From NCBI RefSeq assembly GCF_000022545.1, contig NC_012883.1:712276-736275 (forward strand): a stretch of DNA of 24,000 bases, given 5' to 3'. The translations under genes were made by a program, and so were the position numbers. How positions within the stretch are numbered: the first letter of the stretch is position 1; each line of letters begins with the position of its first letter. The notes under the pieces are model-generated. The model was given only the letters and a program-made list of their open reading frames with translations. It had not been told where the DNA came from and ran no database searches. Below are positions 1 to 9,060 of the stretch, one piece after another. The DNA comes from Thermococcus sibiricus MM 739. Its GTDB lineage: Archaea; Methanobacteriota_B; Thermococci; Thermococcales; Thermococcaceae.

Positions 1-96
1 CGATTTTGGCCCATTATAGGCTTAGAGAAGAAGAAGGGATAGGAGTTACGATTGTCTTAACTTTGATGGTTTTAATAATCTTTTTAGTCTTTAGAG

Positions 97-735
97 TTAT
101 TGTTTGACCATTTGAAATGCTTTCCATAATCTATTGTTTGTAGATTTTATGATTTTGAAAGTTTTCTCGTCGTCTTTATAGATTTTGATCACAGTGCTGG
201 CTAGTTCTTCCAATAATGGAATCACATAGGGGATGTTATTCATTAGTACATCAGTGTTAATGAAATAAAAGGCAGTTCTTTTCCTACTTCCAGCATATCT
301 AGCAATTGTATTTACTAGGGCTAGAATCTCCAGCTTGGATTCAGCTAGTAAAAACAGTTTGTCGAGTCCAACTATGGGGACTGTTGCGTGTTCTATTCGA
401 GAGAGGATATGCTCATAGTTCATTTCAAATTCTTTTGTTAATGATAGTATATCACTAACCTGAAACCGTGTTATGACGTTCCCTACTTCTAACCTTCCCC
501 CAGTTTTAAGCACTTTTATGTTGTCTAATATTTTGGAGTCTATACCTGCAAGTTCCATCTGACTCTTGTATGTGTAGAGAGTATCGAGAATGTCTTCAAT
601 AACCAAAAAGTAACCTCTTTTTTTACTCCAAGCTGTTAACTCAGCAAGCTCTTTGTATGGAAACATCAGGGAGTCATGTTCTAGAAGCACAGTCTCTCCA
701 AACTTTAGTGAATCCCAAATAATATCTGTTTTCAT
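97..735 (-). CDS. KaiC/RecA-fold protein without a P-loop (DUF257-like), terminal gene of the archaellum cluster
   Basis: 212-aa ORF. Same block order as ArlH (6021-6716): 'FGETVLLEH' sits where ArlH has 'SGSLIFIEGDRGTGKS', and 'LLEELASTVIKI' matches ArlH 'ILEEITTMLIRL'. No GxxxxGK[ST] anywhere. A GGAGGT RBS lies inside the last codons of the upstream ORF, with a 5-nt gap. Clear paralog of 13093-13776. Confidence 0.75.
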   Translation of the reverse strand: MKTDIIWDSLKFGETVLLEHDSLMFPYKELAELTAWSKKRGYFLVIEDILDTLYTYKSQMELAGIDSKILDNIKVLKTGGRLEVGNVITRFQVSDILSLTKEFEMNYEHILSRIEHATVPIVGLDKLFLLAESKLEILALVNTIARYAGSRKRTAFYFINTDVLMNNIPYVIPLLEELASTVIKIYKDDEKTFKIIKSTNNRLWKAFQMVKQ

Positions 736-740
736 ATCTC

Positions 741-2678
741 TTACCTCCTACTCCTTTCTTCAAGTTTTGCAGCAATCCAAGCAAGGAGGAGTATAAAGGC
801 CATACCTCCTGTAAATCCAGCTCCACCAAAAAGAAGTTTCTGTTTTATTGGAAATACTGTTATTGTGGAGTTTAGGACTTTTGTGTGAGTCACTGTCGTT
901 GTAATGGTTTCTTTAATAATTTTTGGTGCAGTGGAAGTAGAGGTTTCGTCTGTAGAATTCCCAAAGTTCTCTTTTTCTATGGGTGCTGGAGTGGTGAAAA
1001 TCTCCACAACTGTAGAATTCTTGATAATATACTCTCCTTTTTTCAGTGCTGCTAGTATCTCGAATTCTCCTTCTTGGTTAGGTATGAAGATTAAGGAATA
1101 TGTTTTGTTCTCCTTGAGGTTTAATGAATCTTCAAAATAAACAAATCTCCCTTGGAGGTTTATGTTTTCCCCGATTATGGCAGATCTTTCTGGAAGTGCT
1201 ATTGTTATTGTAAACGGCCCTTTAGTGTTCCCCATGTTTACAACAGTAAGGTTAAGTTGAGTGCTACTACCTACTGTGCCATTTTGGCTGTTTAGAACAA
1301 GTTTGTATTTTGGAGTTGCATTGTCCACATTTATCCAACGGGTCTCCGAAGAAAATGAGATTCTAGCAAAACCATCACATGAAAGTTGGTATGGAACATT
1401 TGCCTGGATTTCAATGTTTCCCAGTTGTAGAAACCCTCCTTTCTTTGGTTCGATTCGGACGTTAAACTCTATCTTTTCCCCTACCCCAAGTTCTGGAATA
1501 TATAGTGGATATGAGCTTATGATTTTGAATTCTTCAGAAAGCTTTGGGACTATTTCAATATGCTTCAAATCAATGTCTCCTGTGTTTTTTATTACAATAG
1601 TGCTGTTGAATGGTTCAAATTGAAGAGCCATTGAGGGAGTTAAAAAAGAAACATTTGCAAATGCGTATTCTCCGACTTTTGGTATTTCTTTTTCGTCTAA
1701 AAACCCTATTATTTTTGCTACTTTTTTGGTAGCCATGTTACTTATTTCAGTGACCCCTATATGCAAACCTCCGTGTGATACTAATGTTCCAATTTTCCCT
1801 AAACGTATCCACGCGCTCTTAAGGGTCATTCCACACGTGTTTTTAATAGATATATAGACACCATCAGAGAATATTTTTTCGAGTTTAACAATATAAGGCC
1901 CTATTTGAGTATCTTTGCCTTCTTCCAGCTCTTTATATAAACTCGGAGAAATAGAGAGGGACACGTAAGCTCCGTTTATTTTTATCGCTGTCTTCAAGTA
2001 CATTGAACCAATCAACTCCTTAGTTTCAACAATAATTCCTTCGGCTTTCAACGTGTCCCCTACTTCTATCCAGTACTCCTTGTTGTTAATAGAGATCTTT
2101 GCAAATTCTTTGAGTTCTCCGTTGATTTCAGTAATATTATAATCTTCAAGCTTTATCTGCCAATCTTGAAGGTATTTGGTACTTCCTTTGTGAAGATACC
2201 CATCAAAAAGAAGGGGCATTATAGAAAGTTGGGCTGTTAATCCATTGAATTCTATCTTACCTCCATTATATATGAGTTCTTTTTCAATGTCATTATACCT
2301 AAGCCTAATTTTTGCCCTATTTTCTTCTATTGAGAGAAGTGTGAGGGCATAGTCTTCTGCTAAAAGAGTTTGGTTTTCTAGGAGATATGGAAAAGTAATG
2401 TTAAAAATAGCATAACCTCCATTTTCTTTTAAGAATACCGAATTCATGTAAACCGAATAAAAACTTGTGTTCAGTAGCGATTCTGGTTTCAGAATGTATT
2501 CTCTATTATTGAGTTCAACAAGCAAAGAACCTTCGGTTGGTGAAACGTCCCTGACCTCTAAGGGGTAATCTTTTATCCCAATTCTAGAGGGTATTTCTAC
2601 CCATCCTGTTATGATAGAGTGTGCAGTTACATATGGGAGTAGAATTATTAGGAATAAGAGAGAGATTAACTTTTTCAT
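741..2678 (-). CDS. Secreted, C-terminally membrane-anchored surface (glyco)protein with CARDB/Ig-like beta domains; co-operonic with arlJ
   Basis: 645-aa ORF. N-terminal signal peptide 'MKKLISLLFLIILLPYVTAHS'. Two CARDB-like segments ('STIVIKNTGDIDLKHIEIV...', 'LNLTVVNMGNTKGPFTITI...'). Thr/Ser-rich stalk 'TDETSTSTAP...TITTTVTHT'. C-terminal TM helix plus basic tail '...AFILLLAWIAAKLEERSRR'. 13 N-x-S/T sequons by my count. Its ATG overlaps the arlJ stop by 4 nt (2675-2678). Confidence 0.8.
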   Translation of the reverse strand: MKKLISLLFLIILLPYVTAHSIITGWVEIPSRIGIKDYPLEVRDVSPTEGSLLVELNNREYILKPESLLNTSFYSVYMNSVFLKENGGYAIFNITFPYLLENQTLLAEDYALTLLSIEENRAKIRLRYNDIEKELIYNGGKIEFNGLTAQLSIMPLLFDGYLHKGSTKYLQDWQIKLEDYNITEINGELKEFAKISINNKEYWIEVGDTLKAEGIIVETKELIGSMYLKTAIKINGAYVSLSISPSLYKELEEGKDTQIGPYIVKLEKIFSDGVYISIKNTCGMTLKSAWIRLGKIGTLVSHGGLHIGVTEISNMATKKVAKIIGFLDEKEIPKVGEYAFANVSFLTPSMALQFEPFNSTIVIKNTGDIDLKHIEIVPKLSEEFKIISSYPLYIPELGVGEKIEFNVRIEPKKGGFLQLGNIEIQANVPYQLSCDGFARISFSSETRWINVDNATPKYKLVLNSQNGTVGSSTQLNLTVVNMGNTKGPFTITIALPERSAIIGENINLQGRFVYFEDSLNLKENKTYSLIFIPNQEGEFEILAALKKGEYIIKNSTVVEIFTTPAPIEKENFGNSTDETSTSTAPKIIKETITTTVTHTKVLNSTITVFPIKQKLLFGGAGFTGGMAFILLLAWIAAKLEERSRR

Positions 2679-4393
2679 GTTATCACCCCCAGCAGAGGAA
2701 GTAAAATGCTTGAAAACGTCATCATTTTACCCATTATGAATTCCCCAAGATAGATACCTATTGCGGACATCCATGTAAGCATAACAAAATAATAGAGGGC
2801 TATTCCTAGGTGCCCTCCATCTGCAATTTTTATTGAGAATGCTGAAATTAAGGAGTGAACTAGAAGAATAGAAATAAGGATGTAGTTTGTTAGTTGGAGC
2901 CCTTCTGGGCTTGGAACAAAAAGTATGTCTTGAATGAACTCTCCTTGTAGCTGGACACTTGAGAAAAGGTGAGTCATGTAAACTGCAACTTGAAATGCTG
3001 CTGCGACAGAAAAGGCAAAAGCTCCAGTAACTCCATAGATAACCCCTTTAAAACTGGCCACGTTCTGTTTTCTCTTTCTTCTAAGTCTTAGAAGTCTCTC
3101 AAAGTTACTAGAAATGACTTTTCCTACATAATCGGGGTCCGCTCCTAAGTGTAGACTCTTTCTAAAGATGTCTGAGAAGATATCTATGAGCCAGCTTCCG
3201 GTCTCTGAAACGAAGTATTTCCATGATTTGGTATCGTCTATCTTGAGGGAAATTCTTTTGTTCAAGTTTCGGATATCTTTAGTGAGGCTTCCAAAATCGT
3301 GAGAGCTCAAATATTTTAGAACTAGTGCCATAGATACTCCACTAGCTGCTAAAGACGAGCTTAAGCTCCTCATAAACGATGGAAAGCTCTCATCTTTTAC
3401 CAAAATCTCTTCCTCTTCTTTTGAAAGAACGTATCCAATGTATGCTATCGGAGTCAAAAACAAAGCGATGGCGATTTCTATTGGCACATCAAATCTTACT
3501 CTTATTACAAAAAAGTATAAGATTCCAACAGCGGCCGTTCCAGCGATAGAGAGTAGGATAGCTCGTATTAATTTCTCTTTTCGTTCTGGATTCATTGCAT
3601 TGTGGGCCCATATATTATCTTCCGGCATTTTATGTTTTATCAAAATCAAGACTCCCATTTCCACGACCATAACAAGTATAAATGTAAAAATTGTAAGGGT
3701 TACTAAATCTTGCCCGGTAATAATCGGCCCTATAATAATAAAGGTCACCATAAATACTACAGAAATTATTAGAGAGCTATATACCTCCTTAAAGACGTCC
3801 AAGTCGTAGAGTGCTCCCTCATAAAATGTCTGATAATCATCCATCACAATTTTCTGCTCTTGGAGTAGATATTCTCTTAGCTCCACACCACTATCCAATG
3901 AATATGCGAGTCTTTCTAGAAAGTCTGAGAAGACCTTACTTGGTGTTCTCTTAACCAAAAATCTAAACGCTTCAGGCATTCCACGATTAAACTTTGCTAT
4001 TAAATGGTAGATTTTTTCCATATCTCTTGAAATAGGCTCTAAAACCTTCTCCTTTGCTAATGTGTGTATAAGCTCATTTCTTCCAACTTCACTAGTGGAA
4101 AGTACCGCAAAATAGGTTACAAAATAAGGGATTTTTGAATTTATTTTTACTTTTTTCCCACTTGCCATTGAGTAAGGGTGCATGATTGCGTAAACCAGAG
4201 GAAGAATGGGAATCGCATAGAGAGCAATCCGAATTATCCGTGAAATTGTAGTAAACCTGGGAACAAGTGAGAAAACTATGAAAAGAATGATACTCCCAGC
4301 TATGCTGGGCAATAATACTTTTCTTGCATACCTCTTCACATCCAAATCAGCTTGGATAAATATGCTGACTTTTTCTCTTGGCATCATATTCAC
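2675..4393 (-). CDS. arlJ: Archaellum polytopic membrane platform protein ArlJ (FlaJ), T2SS-F-like
   Basis: 572-aa ORF with many hydrophobic helices and two soluble T2SS-F-like segments. It lies immediately after arlI with a 0-nt gap, the canonical arlH-I-J order. Confidence 0.9.
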   Translation of the reverse strand: MNMMPREKVSIFIQADLDVKRYARKVLLPSIAGSIILFIVFSLVPRFTTISRIIRIALYAIPILPLVYAIMHPYSMASGKKVKINSKIPYFVTYFAVLSTSEVGRNELIHTLAKEKVLEPISRDMEKIYHLIAKFNRGMPEAFRFLVKRTPSKVFSDFLERLAYSLDSGVELREYLLQEQKIVMDDYQTFYEGALYDLDVFKEVYSSLIISVVFMVTFIIIGPIITGQDLVTLTIFTFILVMVVEMGVLILIKHKMPEDNIWAHNAMNPERKEKLIRAILLSIAGTAAVGILYFFVIRVRFDVPIEIAIALFLTPIAYIGYVLSKEEEEILVKDESFPSFMRSLSSSLAASGVSMALVLKYLSSHDFGSLTKDIRNLNKRISLKIDDTKSWKYFVSETGSWLIDIFSDIFRKSLHLGADPDYVGKVISSNFERLLRLRRKRKQNVASFKGVIYGVTGAFAFSVAAAFQVAVYMTHLFSSVQLQGEFIQDILFVPSPEGLQLTNYILISILLVHSLISAFSIKIADGGHLGIALYYFVMLTWMSAIGIYLGEFIMGKMMTFSSILLPLLGVIT

Positions 4394-6019
4394 CTACAAT
4401 CTAAAGCTTAATCCTTGAATGCCCTTTTCATAGAAGTTCTTTATCTCTCTATAGACATCCCAATAGTTAGTTATTCCAAGTTCTGCCATTCTCTGGATTA
4501 TCCTAGCTCTTAGAAATAGCTCGTTGTAAATGTCCTTTGGATCTTCATAACCAGCAACTTCAGCGATTTTCCTCTCAAGGATATATGAATTGTTCATACC
4601 TCTGAATATATGTTTATCACCCACAGAATCCCATTCAAACACACTCCTTGTTGCTACTCCTCCAAGCTCCTCATAATAACCTTCAATCTCAACAACGTTG
4701 AGGATCCTTCTCAGGAATCTTCCCTTAACATATACGGCCTGCTGAAAGAGAGCAATATTCAAATTATCTATAAAAGTCACAGGGACGTTTATTGGATGCC
4801 CGGTAAAACGTTGTATCATCTTCTTTATATCGCCGGCATGAAAAGTTGCCATGACTGGATGGCCCGTTTGCATGGCTTGAAAAGCAATTGCACCCTCTGC
4901 ACCTCTGATCTCACCTACAATGATATAATTTGGTCTTGATCTCAGTGCCGCTTTCAAGAGATCAAAAAGTGTAACTCTGCTTTCCTCAGGTCCTCTTTCT
5001 CTTGTTGTAAGTCTTTGCCAAGTAGGATGAGGAACAACAACCTCTGGAGTGTCTTCAGCAGTAAAAATCTTTGATTGAGGCTTGATGAAAGGAACGATAG
5101 AGTTTAAAGTGGTGGTTTTTCCACTTGCTGTTTCTCCACATACGAAAACACTCATACCATATTCTAATGCAAGCCATAAATATGCCGCGACTTCTGCAGA
5201 AAATGTATTCCACTTTACAAGTTGGACAACACTTAGGGGAGTAGTGGAGAATTTTCTTATTGTAGCTGAGGATCCTTTTATACTAACATCTGGGCTGTAT
5301 ATTATGTTGATTCTTGATCCATCTGGAAGTGTTCCATCAACAATGGGGTTTTTGTCACTAGCAGGCCTTCCAATTCTTTCACTTAAGGCCTTGAGATAAT
5401 CGGCCAATGTAATATTACTCTCAAATTTTATATTGGTGGGTAAAGCATCAAAGATCTTGTGAATTAAAGACACATATTCGGCACCCAATATGTGAATATC
5501 TTCAATATATGGATCTCTAATGAGAACCTCTAATGGCCCAATTCCTACAATATCTCTTTTTATGAGATATCTAAATTTCTCAATTTCTATTTTTGTTATT
5601 TTAACGTTTTTTCTAGAGAAAAAACCCCTATTGTTAATCTTCTGGAGGGCCTCATTATACAGTTGATCTAGGAATATTTCAAATTCCTCCCTGTTTTCGG
5701 GTATTGTCTTTGAAGGAGCAAGTTCAAGAATTTTTTCTTTGACTAGTTCGTATTTTACTCGCTCTTCTGTGTTCTGAATTCTGGGCTCTATTACTATGTA
5801 TTTTCTCTCTGTTTTTGGGTCTCCGTAAATGTGAACAAAAAGAGGGTCTCCGACTGGATATACTATGTTGGGATACTTTATTTCTTTCAGATCTCTGCTC
5901 AGTTGAGTGTAGAATTCTGGAACTTTTCCATATTTTTTAGTAAACTTTTCAACGTATTCTCTTAAGTGTGGATTTCTTGCCATTGCGGTTTCTAAGGTTT
6001 CTCTGCTAATCTCAGCCAT
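4394..6019 (-). CDS. arlI: Archaellum assembly/motor ATPase ArlI (FlaI), type II/IV secretion ATPase family
   Basis: 541 aa. Walker A 'GETASGKTT', Walker B/Asp box 'PNYIIVGEIRGAEG', His box 'GHPVMATFHA'. 1-nt gap to arlH. Confidence 0.95.
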   Translation of the reverse strand: MAEISRETLETAMARNPHLREYVEKFTKKYGKVPEFYTQLSRDLKEIKYPNIVYPVGDPLFVHIYGDPKTERKYIVIEPRIQNTEERVKYELVKEKILELAPSKTIPENREEFEIFLDQLYNEALQKINNRGFFSRKNVKITKIEIEKFRYLIKRDIVGIGPLEVLIRDPYIEDIHILGAEYVSLIHKIFDALPTNIKFESNITLADYLKALSERIGRPASDKNPIVDGTLPDGSRINIIYSPDVSIKGSSATIRKFSTTPLSVVQLVKWNTFSAEVAAYLWLALEYGMSVFVCGETASGKTTTLNSIVPFIKPQSKIFTAEDTPEVVVPHPTWQRLTTRERGPEESRVTLFDLLKAALRSRPNYIIVGEIRGAEGAIAFQAMQTGHPVMATFHAGDIKKMIQRFTGHPINVPVTFIDNLNIALFQQAVYVKGRFLRRILNVVEIEGYYEELGGVATRSVFEWDSVGDKHIFRGMNNSYILERKIAEVAGYEDPKDIYNELFLRARIIQRMAELGITNYWDVYREIKNFYEKGIQGLSFRL

Positions 6020-6020
6020 T

Positions 6021-6716
6021 CTACACCACCGCAGCTATCTCCACTATAAATCCTGCCTTGGGTTCTACTCTAAATGGAATTACCTTCTGAAAAACTCCCA
6101 TAGCATTGTTATACTTCACGATAGTGGCAGAATTTTTCAAGTCTCCTCCGAATACTTTGACCTGCAATCTTATGAGCATTGTAGTTATTTCTTCTAAAAT
6201 CGAGAGTACAGAAGAATCGAGATCACTTGGGTTTGCTGTTAATATTATGGCCTTGTTAAGAGCACTTAATTTTTTGAGATGTTCTGTAAACTTTCTCAAA
6301 GTCTCCTCATCTATTTTTGGAGGTAAAATGGAAGGCAGTGAATCTATGATAATAACATCTTTTTCCCACAATCGTTCCTCGCTCAAGAATCTTGGTAAAA
6401 ACCTTCCTCTTTTAGAAACACTGCTCAAAAGAGGATATAACGACACAAAAAGAAGTTTTCGTTTTGTCAGAAAGGGGATTACGCTATATCCTAGTGATTC
6501 CATTTGATTTATAAATTCAGGGGTTGTGAGTTGGGTAGAAACATAACTAACTTGAATGTCATTTTTTAGAAATCCATAAGCAAGCCTCTGGGAGAATATA
6601 GACTTTCCAGTCCCTCTGTCTCCCTCTATAAATATTAAACTCCCAGAGGGTATTCCTCCACCTAATCGTCTGTGAAGCTCATCATTTGGGATTTGCATTT
6701 TAAGTAAGCGAGTCAT
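6021..6716 (-). CDS. arlH: Archaellum KaiC/RecA-like ATP-binding protein ArlH (FlaH)
   Basis: Walker A 'GDRGTGKS', Walker B 'VIIIDSL'. Start moved to the ATG at 6716 ('MTRLLKMQIP...'), which is preceded by GAGGTGA plus a 5-nt spacer. The 6779 start would overlap arlG by 53 nt. Confidence 0.9.
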   Translation of the reverse strand: MTRLLKMQIPNDELHRRLGGGIPSGSLIFIEGDRGTGKSIFSQRLAYGFLKNDIQVSYVSTQLTTPEFINQMESLGYSVIPFLTKRKLLFVSLYPLLSSVSKRGRFLPRFLSEERLWEKDVIIIDSLPSILPPKIDEETLRKFTEHLKKLSALNKAIILTANPSDLDSSVLSILEEITTMLIRLQVKVFGGDLKNSATIVKYNNAMGVFQKVIPFRVEPKAGFIVEIAAVV

Positions 6717-6726
6717 GGTGTTCACC

Positions 6727-7164
6727 TCAGATTTTGAATATAAATTCACGCTGTTTTCCATTTTCAATGACCACAACAAGTTTGTGATAGCCGGAGGAAA
6801 GAGTAGTACTTATTCTCAACTCGCCGATATCATATGGATAAAGGGTAGATGGTGTCAGCGTGAGATTTGAAGGAGGAATGAGATTCCCGTCAATAAAGAC
6901 AATAATAGTGCTGCTTGTAAAGGAGAATTCCTCACTCCCAGTGTTTTTGATATAGAACACATAAGCTCCACCCAAGAAAGGAATATTCTCTGGATCATTT
7001 ATTATTGTGAAGTCCACTCTGAGATTTTGGGCTATTATTGTTCCTCTAGTGCTTATACTATCTGCTAAGTCCTGGGTCACTATATAAAGACCTCCAGCTA
7101 TTGTTCCTGCGACAAGGAGGGAAACAATGAAAAGGATTATTTCTGAAATTACTGAGCTCGCCAT
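6727..7164 (-). CDS. arlG: Archaellum stator/anchor protein ArlG (FlaG)
   Basis: Archaellin-like hydrophobic N-terminus 'MASSVISEIILFIVSLLVAGTIAGG' followed by a beta-rich domain. Position between arlF and arlH. Start chosen at the ATG at 7164, behind an AAGGTGAT RBS. The longer 7236 start would overlap arlF. Confidence 0.75.
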   Translation of the reverse strand: MASSVISEIILFIVSLLVAGTIAGGLYIVTQDLADSISTRGTIIAQNLRVDFTIINDPENIPFLGGAYVFYIKNTGSEEFSFTSSTIIVFIDGNLIPPSNLTLTPSTLYPYDIGELRISTTLSSGYHKLVVVIENGKQREFIFKI

Positions 7165-7174
7165 TAGTATCACC

Positions 7175-7690
7175 TTAGGAGCAGTACCAAGCTTTTCCAA
7201 CAATAGAAGGTTGACCAATCGTTTGATTTGGATCAAGCCATATCCATTTCCATTCTATTTTCAGAGAACACCCCGTTTCAGTTGCTACTATCAGACTGTG
7301 GATAATTTGATCCTTCACTTCAGTAGTTCGTATTAGTATGGATTCTCCGGGAAGTAAATACGCTTTATCCTCCACTATGAGTGTCGATCCATCGGGCTCC
7401 TTTAGTTGTCCATCACGAATAAAATCCCAATATCTAGGGGATAGGGTGGAGCCATTATTGCTAATATTGAAAGTTATTGTATAGATGGACACATCACTTC
7501 CAGGATTGATGTGAGAGACATCTTGTAGAGCAAGATATGACGTCTGGGATTTTATGAAAGTTTCTTTGTACGTTTCAACGGACTCAGCTATTGAAGTATA
7601 AGTATTCTCGAGAGAGATATAGAGAGTGCCAAATGCCATTATCGACGCAATGAATATCACTGCAAAGCTTGCTGAAACGCTGAATCCCAT
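7175..7690 (-). CDS. arlF: Archaellum stator/S-layer-binding protein ArlF (FlaF)
   Basis: 171 aa. Typical FlaF N-terminus 'MGFSVSASFAVIFIASIMAFG' plus a beta-sandwich-like remainder. Position after arlD. Confidence 0.75.
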   Translation of the reverse strand: MGFSVSASFAVIFIASIMAFGTLYISLENTYTSIAESVETYKETFIKSQTSYLALQDVSHINPGSDVSIYTITFNISNNGSTLSPRYWDFIRDGQLKEPDGSTLIVEDKAYLLPGESILIRTTEVKDQIIHSLIVATETGCSLKIEWKWIWLDPNQTIGQPSIVGKAWYCS

Positions 7691-7701
7691 ACCCTATCCC
7701 C

Positions 7702-8526
7702 TTAAACACCATATACATGTTCAAGAATCTTATTCATCATCTTGAGTTCTCTTTCTAGAGAGTTCAGGACTTCTGGGGTTATTTTAGTACCTCTTAGGCG
7801 CTCAATGAACAGGAGTGATATTAAGTGATCTTGAATCGTAAGTTTGTCATCTGGTTTCCAGTTTGGTTCTCTCTGGTGAGGTCTGGTCCCGTTTGCATAC
7901 TTCAATAGGCTTTCCAATACTTCTTCGGAGATCCACCCTATTGTATAGTAAAACTCAAGGATGTTTTCTAGATTCAGCACTCCTGCTCTGTCGATGAGGA
8001 AACCTAGCCATTTTAGTGCTATCATTGTTGAGGCAGTGTCATTTGGGAGATGATCTAATCTTGCCCTCATTTTTGTTGGGTTTATTAGGGCTTCTCTCAC
8101 ATCTTTCGGAATTTGAAATTCTTCAGTCAAGATTTCTTCCTCCCCACTCATATTATTTTCAATTAATTCAATCTTCGGGGGATCATAACTTTTAATTCCC
8201 TCTTGGTGTTCAACTTCAGGAATTCTCTCTGGAACTCTCTCGGACTTTTCATTAAATTCTTTATGAAGTGTTGTTTTGTCCATTAAATGTCTTCTTATTT
8301 CCTCTAAGTATTTCCCAATCTCTTCTACTCTTTTGTCTAACCTTCTGAGCCTTTCTGCTTGACTTGAATAGTTCTCGAGGACCTTGTTTATGATTAGATC
8401 CACTTGCTCTGGTGTTAAGATGTCTATTTTTGAAACTAATTTGTTTTTTAAGTCCTTGATAAGGACATTAGGTACTTCCCCCTGTAGCTTCTGAAGTTTA
8501 CTGTCTATCTCGTTCTCGGTTATCAT
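7702..8526 (-). CDS. arlD: Archaellum switch-complex protein ArlD (FlaD/E family)
   Basis: 274 aa. C-terminal FlaD/E signature 'LPNDTASTMIALKWLGFLIDRAG...LEFYYTIGWISEEV'. Start overlaps the arlC stop by 4 nt. Confidence 0.85.
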   Translation of the reverse strand: MITENEIDSKLQKLQGEVPNVLIKDLKNKLVSKIDILTPEQVDLIINKVLENYSSQAERLRRLDKRVEEIGKYLEEIRRHLMDKTTLHKEFNEKSERVPERIPEVEHQEGIKSYDPPKIELIENNMSGEEEILTEEFQIPKDVREALINPTKMRARLDHLPNDTASTMIALKWLGFLIDRAGVLNLENILEFYYTIGWISEEVLESLLKYANGTRPHQREPNWKPDDKLTIQDHLISLLFIERLRGTKITPEVLNSLERELKMMNKILEHVYGV

Positions 8527-9008
8527 GTTTCTCCCTCCGAGATTGCTTCGTATATTATCTTGTCGAGGTCTACCCCGTGATAGGCAAGGAGTTTCAAATC
8601 TCCTCTTATCTGTGCTATTTCTTTTCTAATATCTTCGAGATCTTGCTTTAGTTCATGTATTTCTTTTACTATTGGGTTTTCACTATCCAGATCCCTAAAG
8701 GGGTTTATCTCTTGTGATACTACTTCATAGAGCATCATGACATCTTTGATAGTTTTGTCAAGCTTTTCTATTTCATCTCTTAGTTCTTGGATTTGAGACT
8801 TCAAAGTGTCGATGTTGACCTTAATTCTTGGTAGCTCATTTTCGATTTCATTAATTCTGTTCATTATGAGGGTAATTTTTTCTTCATCTTCTTTCTGCTC
8901 TTTTGGGTTTTCTTGAGTGTTTCCTTCACTTAGAGCAAGTTCTAGTTGCTCGATTTCATCTTTTTCTGATTTTTTCTTGAACTTCTCTTTCAAATAACTG
9001 AACGACAT
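8523..9008 (-). CDS. arlC: Archaellum coiled-coil protein ArlC (FlaC)
   Basis: 161 aa, charged coiled coil with the FlaC_arch-type segment 'IKDVMMLYEVVSQEINPF'. Position between arlB and arlD. Confidence 0.8.
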   Translation of the reverse strand: MSFSYLKEKFKKKSEKDEIEQLELALSEGNTQENPKEQKEDEEKITLIMNRINEIENELPRIKVNIDTLKSQIQELRDEIEKLDKTIKDVMMLYEVVSQEINPFRDLDSENPIVKEIHELKQDLEDIRKEIAQIRGDLKLLAYHGVDLDKIIYEAISEGET

Positions 9009-9029
9009 CCCTGTCCCACCCAGGAGTTG

Positions 9030-9060
9030 ATTGAAAATTGAAAAATAGAAAGAATTGAAG
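9030..9060 (-). terminator. T-rich partial terminator/attenuator between arlB and arlC
   Basis: Minus strand after the arlB TGA reads 'TTCAATTCTTTCTATTTTTCAATTTTCAATC' (T5 and T4 runs). Oligo-T tracts are the archaeal termination signal. Confidence 0.4.

Noticed and set aside
3-107. Partial plus-strand frame ending TGA 105-107 ('...GIGVTIVLTLMVLIIFLVFRVIV*'), possibly the C-terminal TM helix of a gene that starts before the window
   Set aside because: Only 35 codons are visible, with no motif. It would overlap the 97-735 gene by 11 nt. That is too little evidence to call.
6717-7236. Long versions of arlH (start 6779) and arlG (start 7236) that overlap the upstream genes by 53-62 nt
   Set aside because: Internal ATGs at 6716 and 7164 have strong GGTGA RBSs and start exactly at the conserved N-termini. 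The extensions look like read-through of the neighbouring gene's 3' end.
904-7336. Plus-strand ORFs of 69-133 aa inside the arl genes (904-1140, 1261-1623, 3438-3809, 4610-4939, 5082-5399, 6106-6507, 7127-7336)
   Set aside because: All lie antisense to long, motif-bearing minus-strand genes. They lack RBS or promoter context and have odd composition, so they are shadow ORFs.
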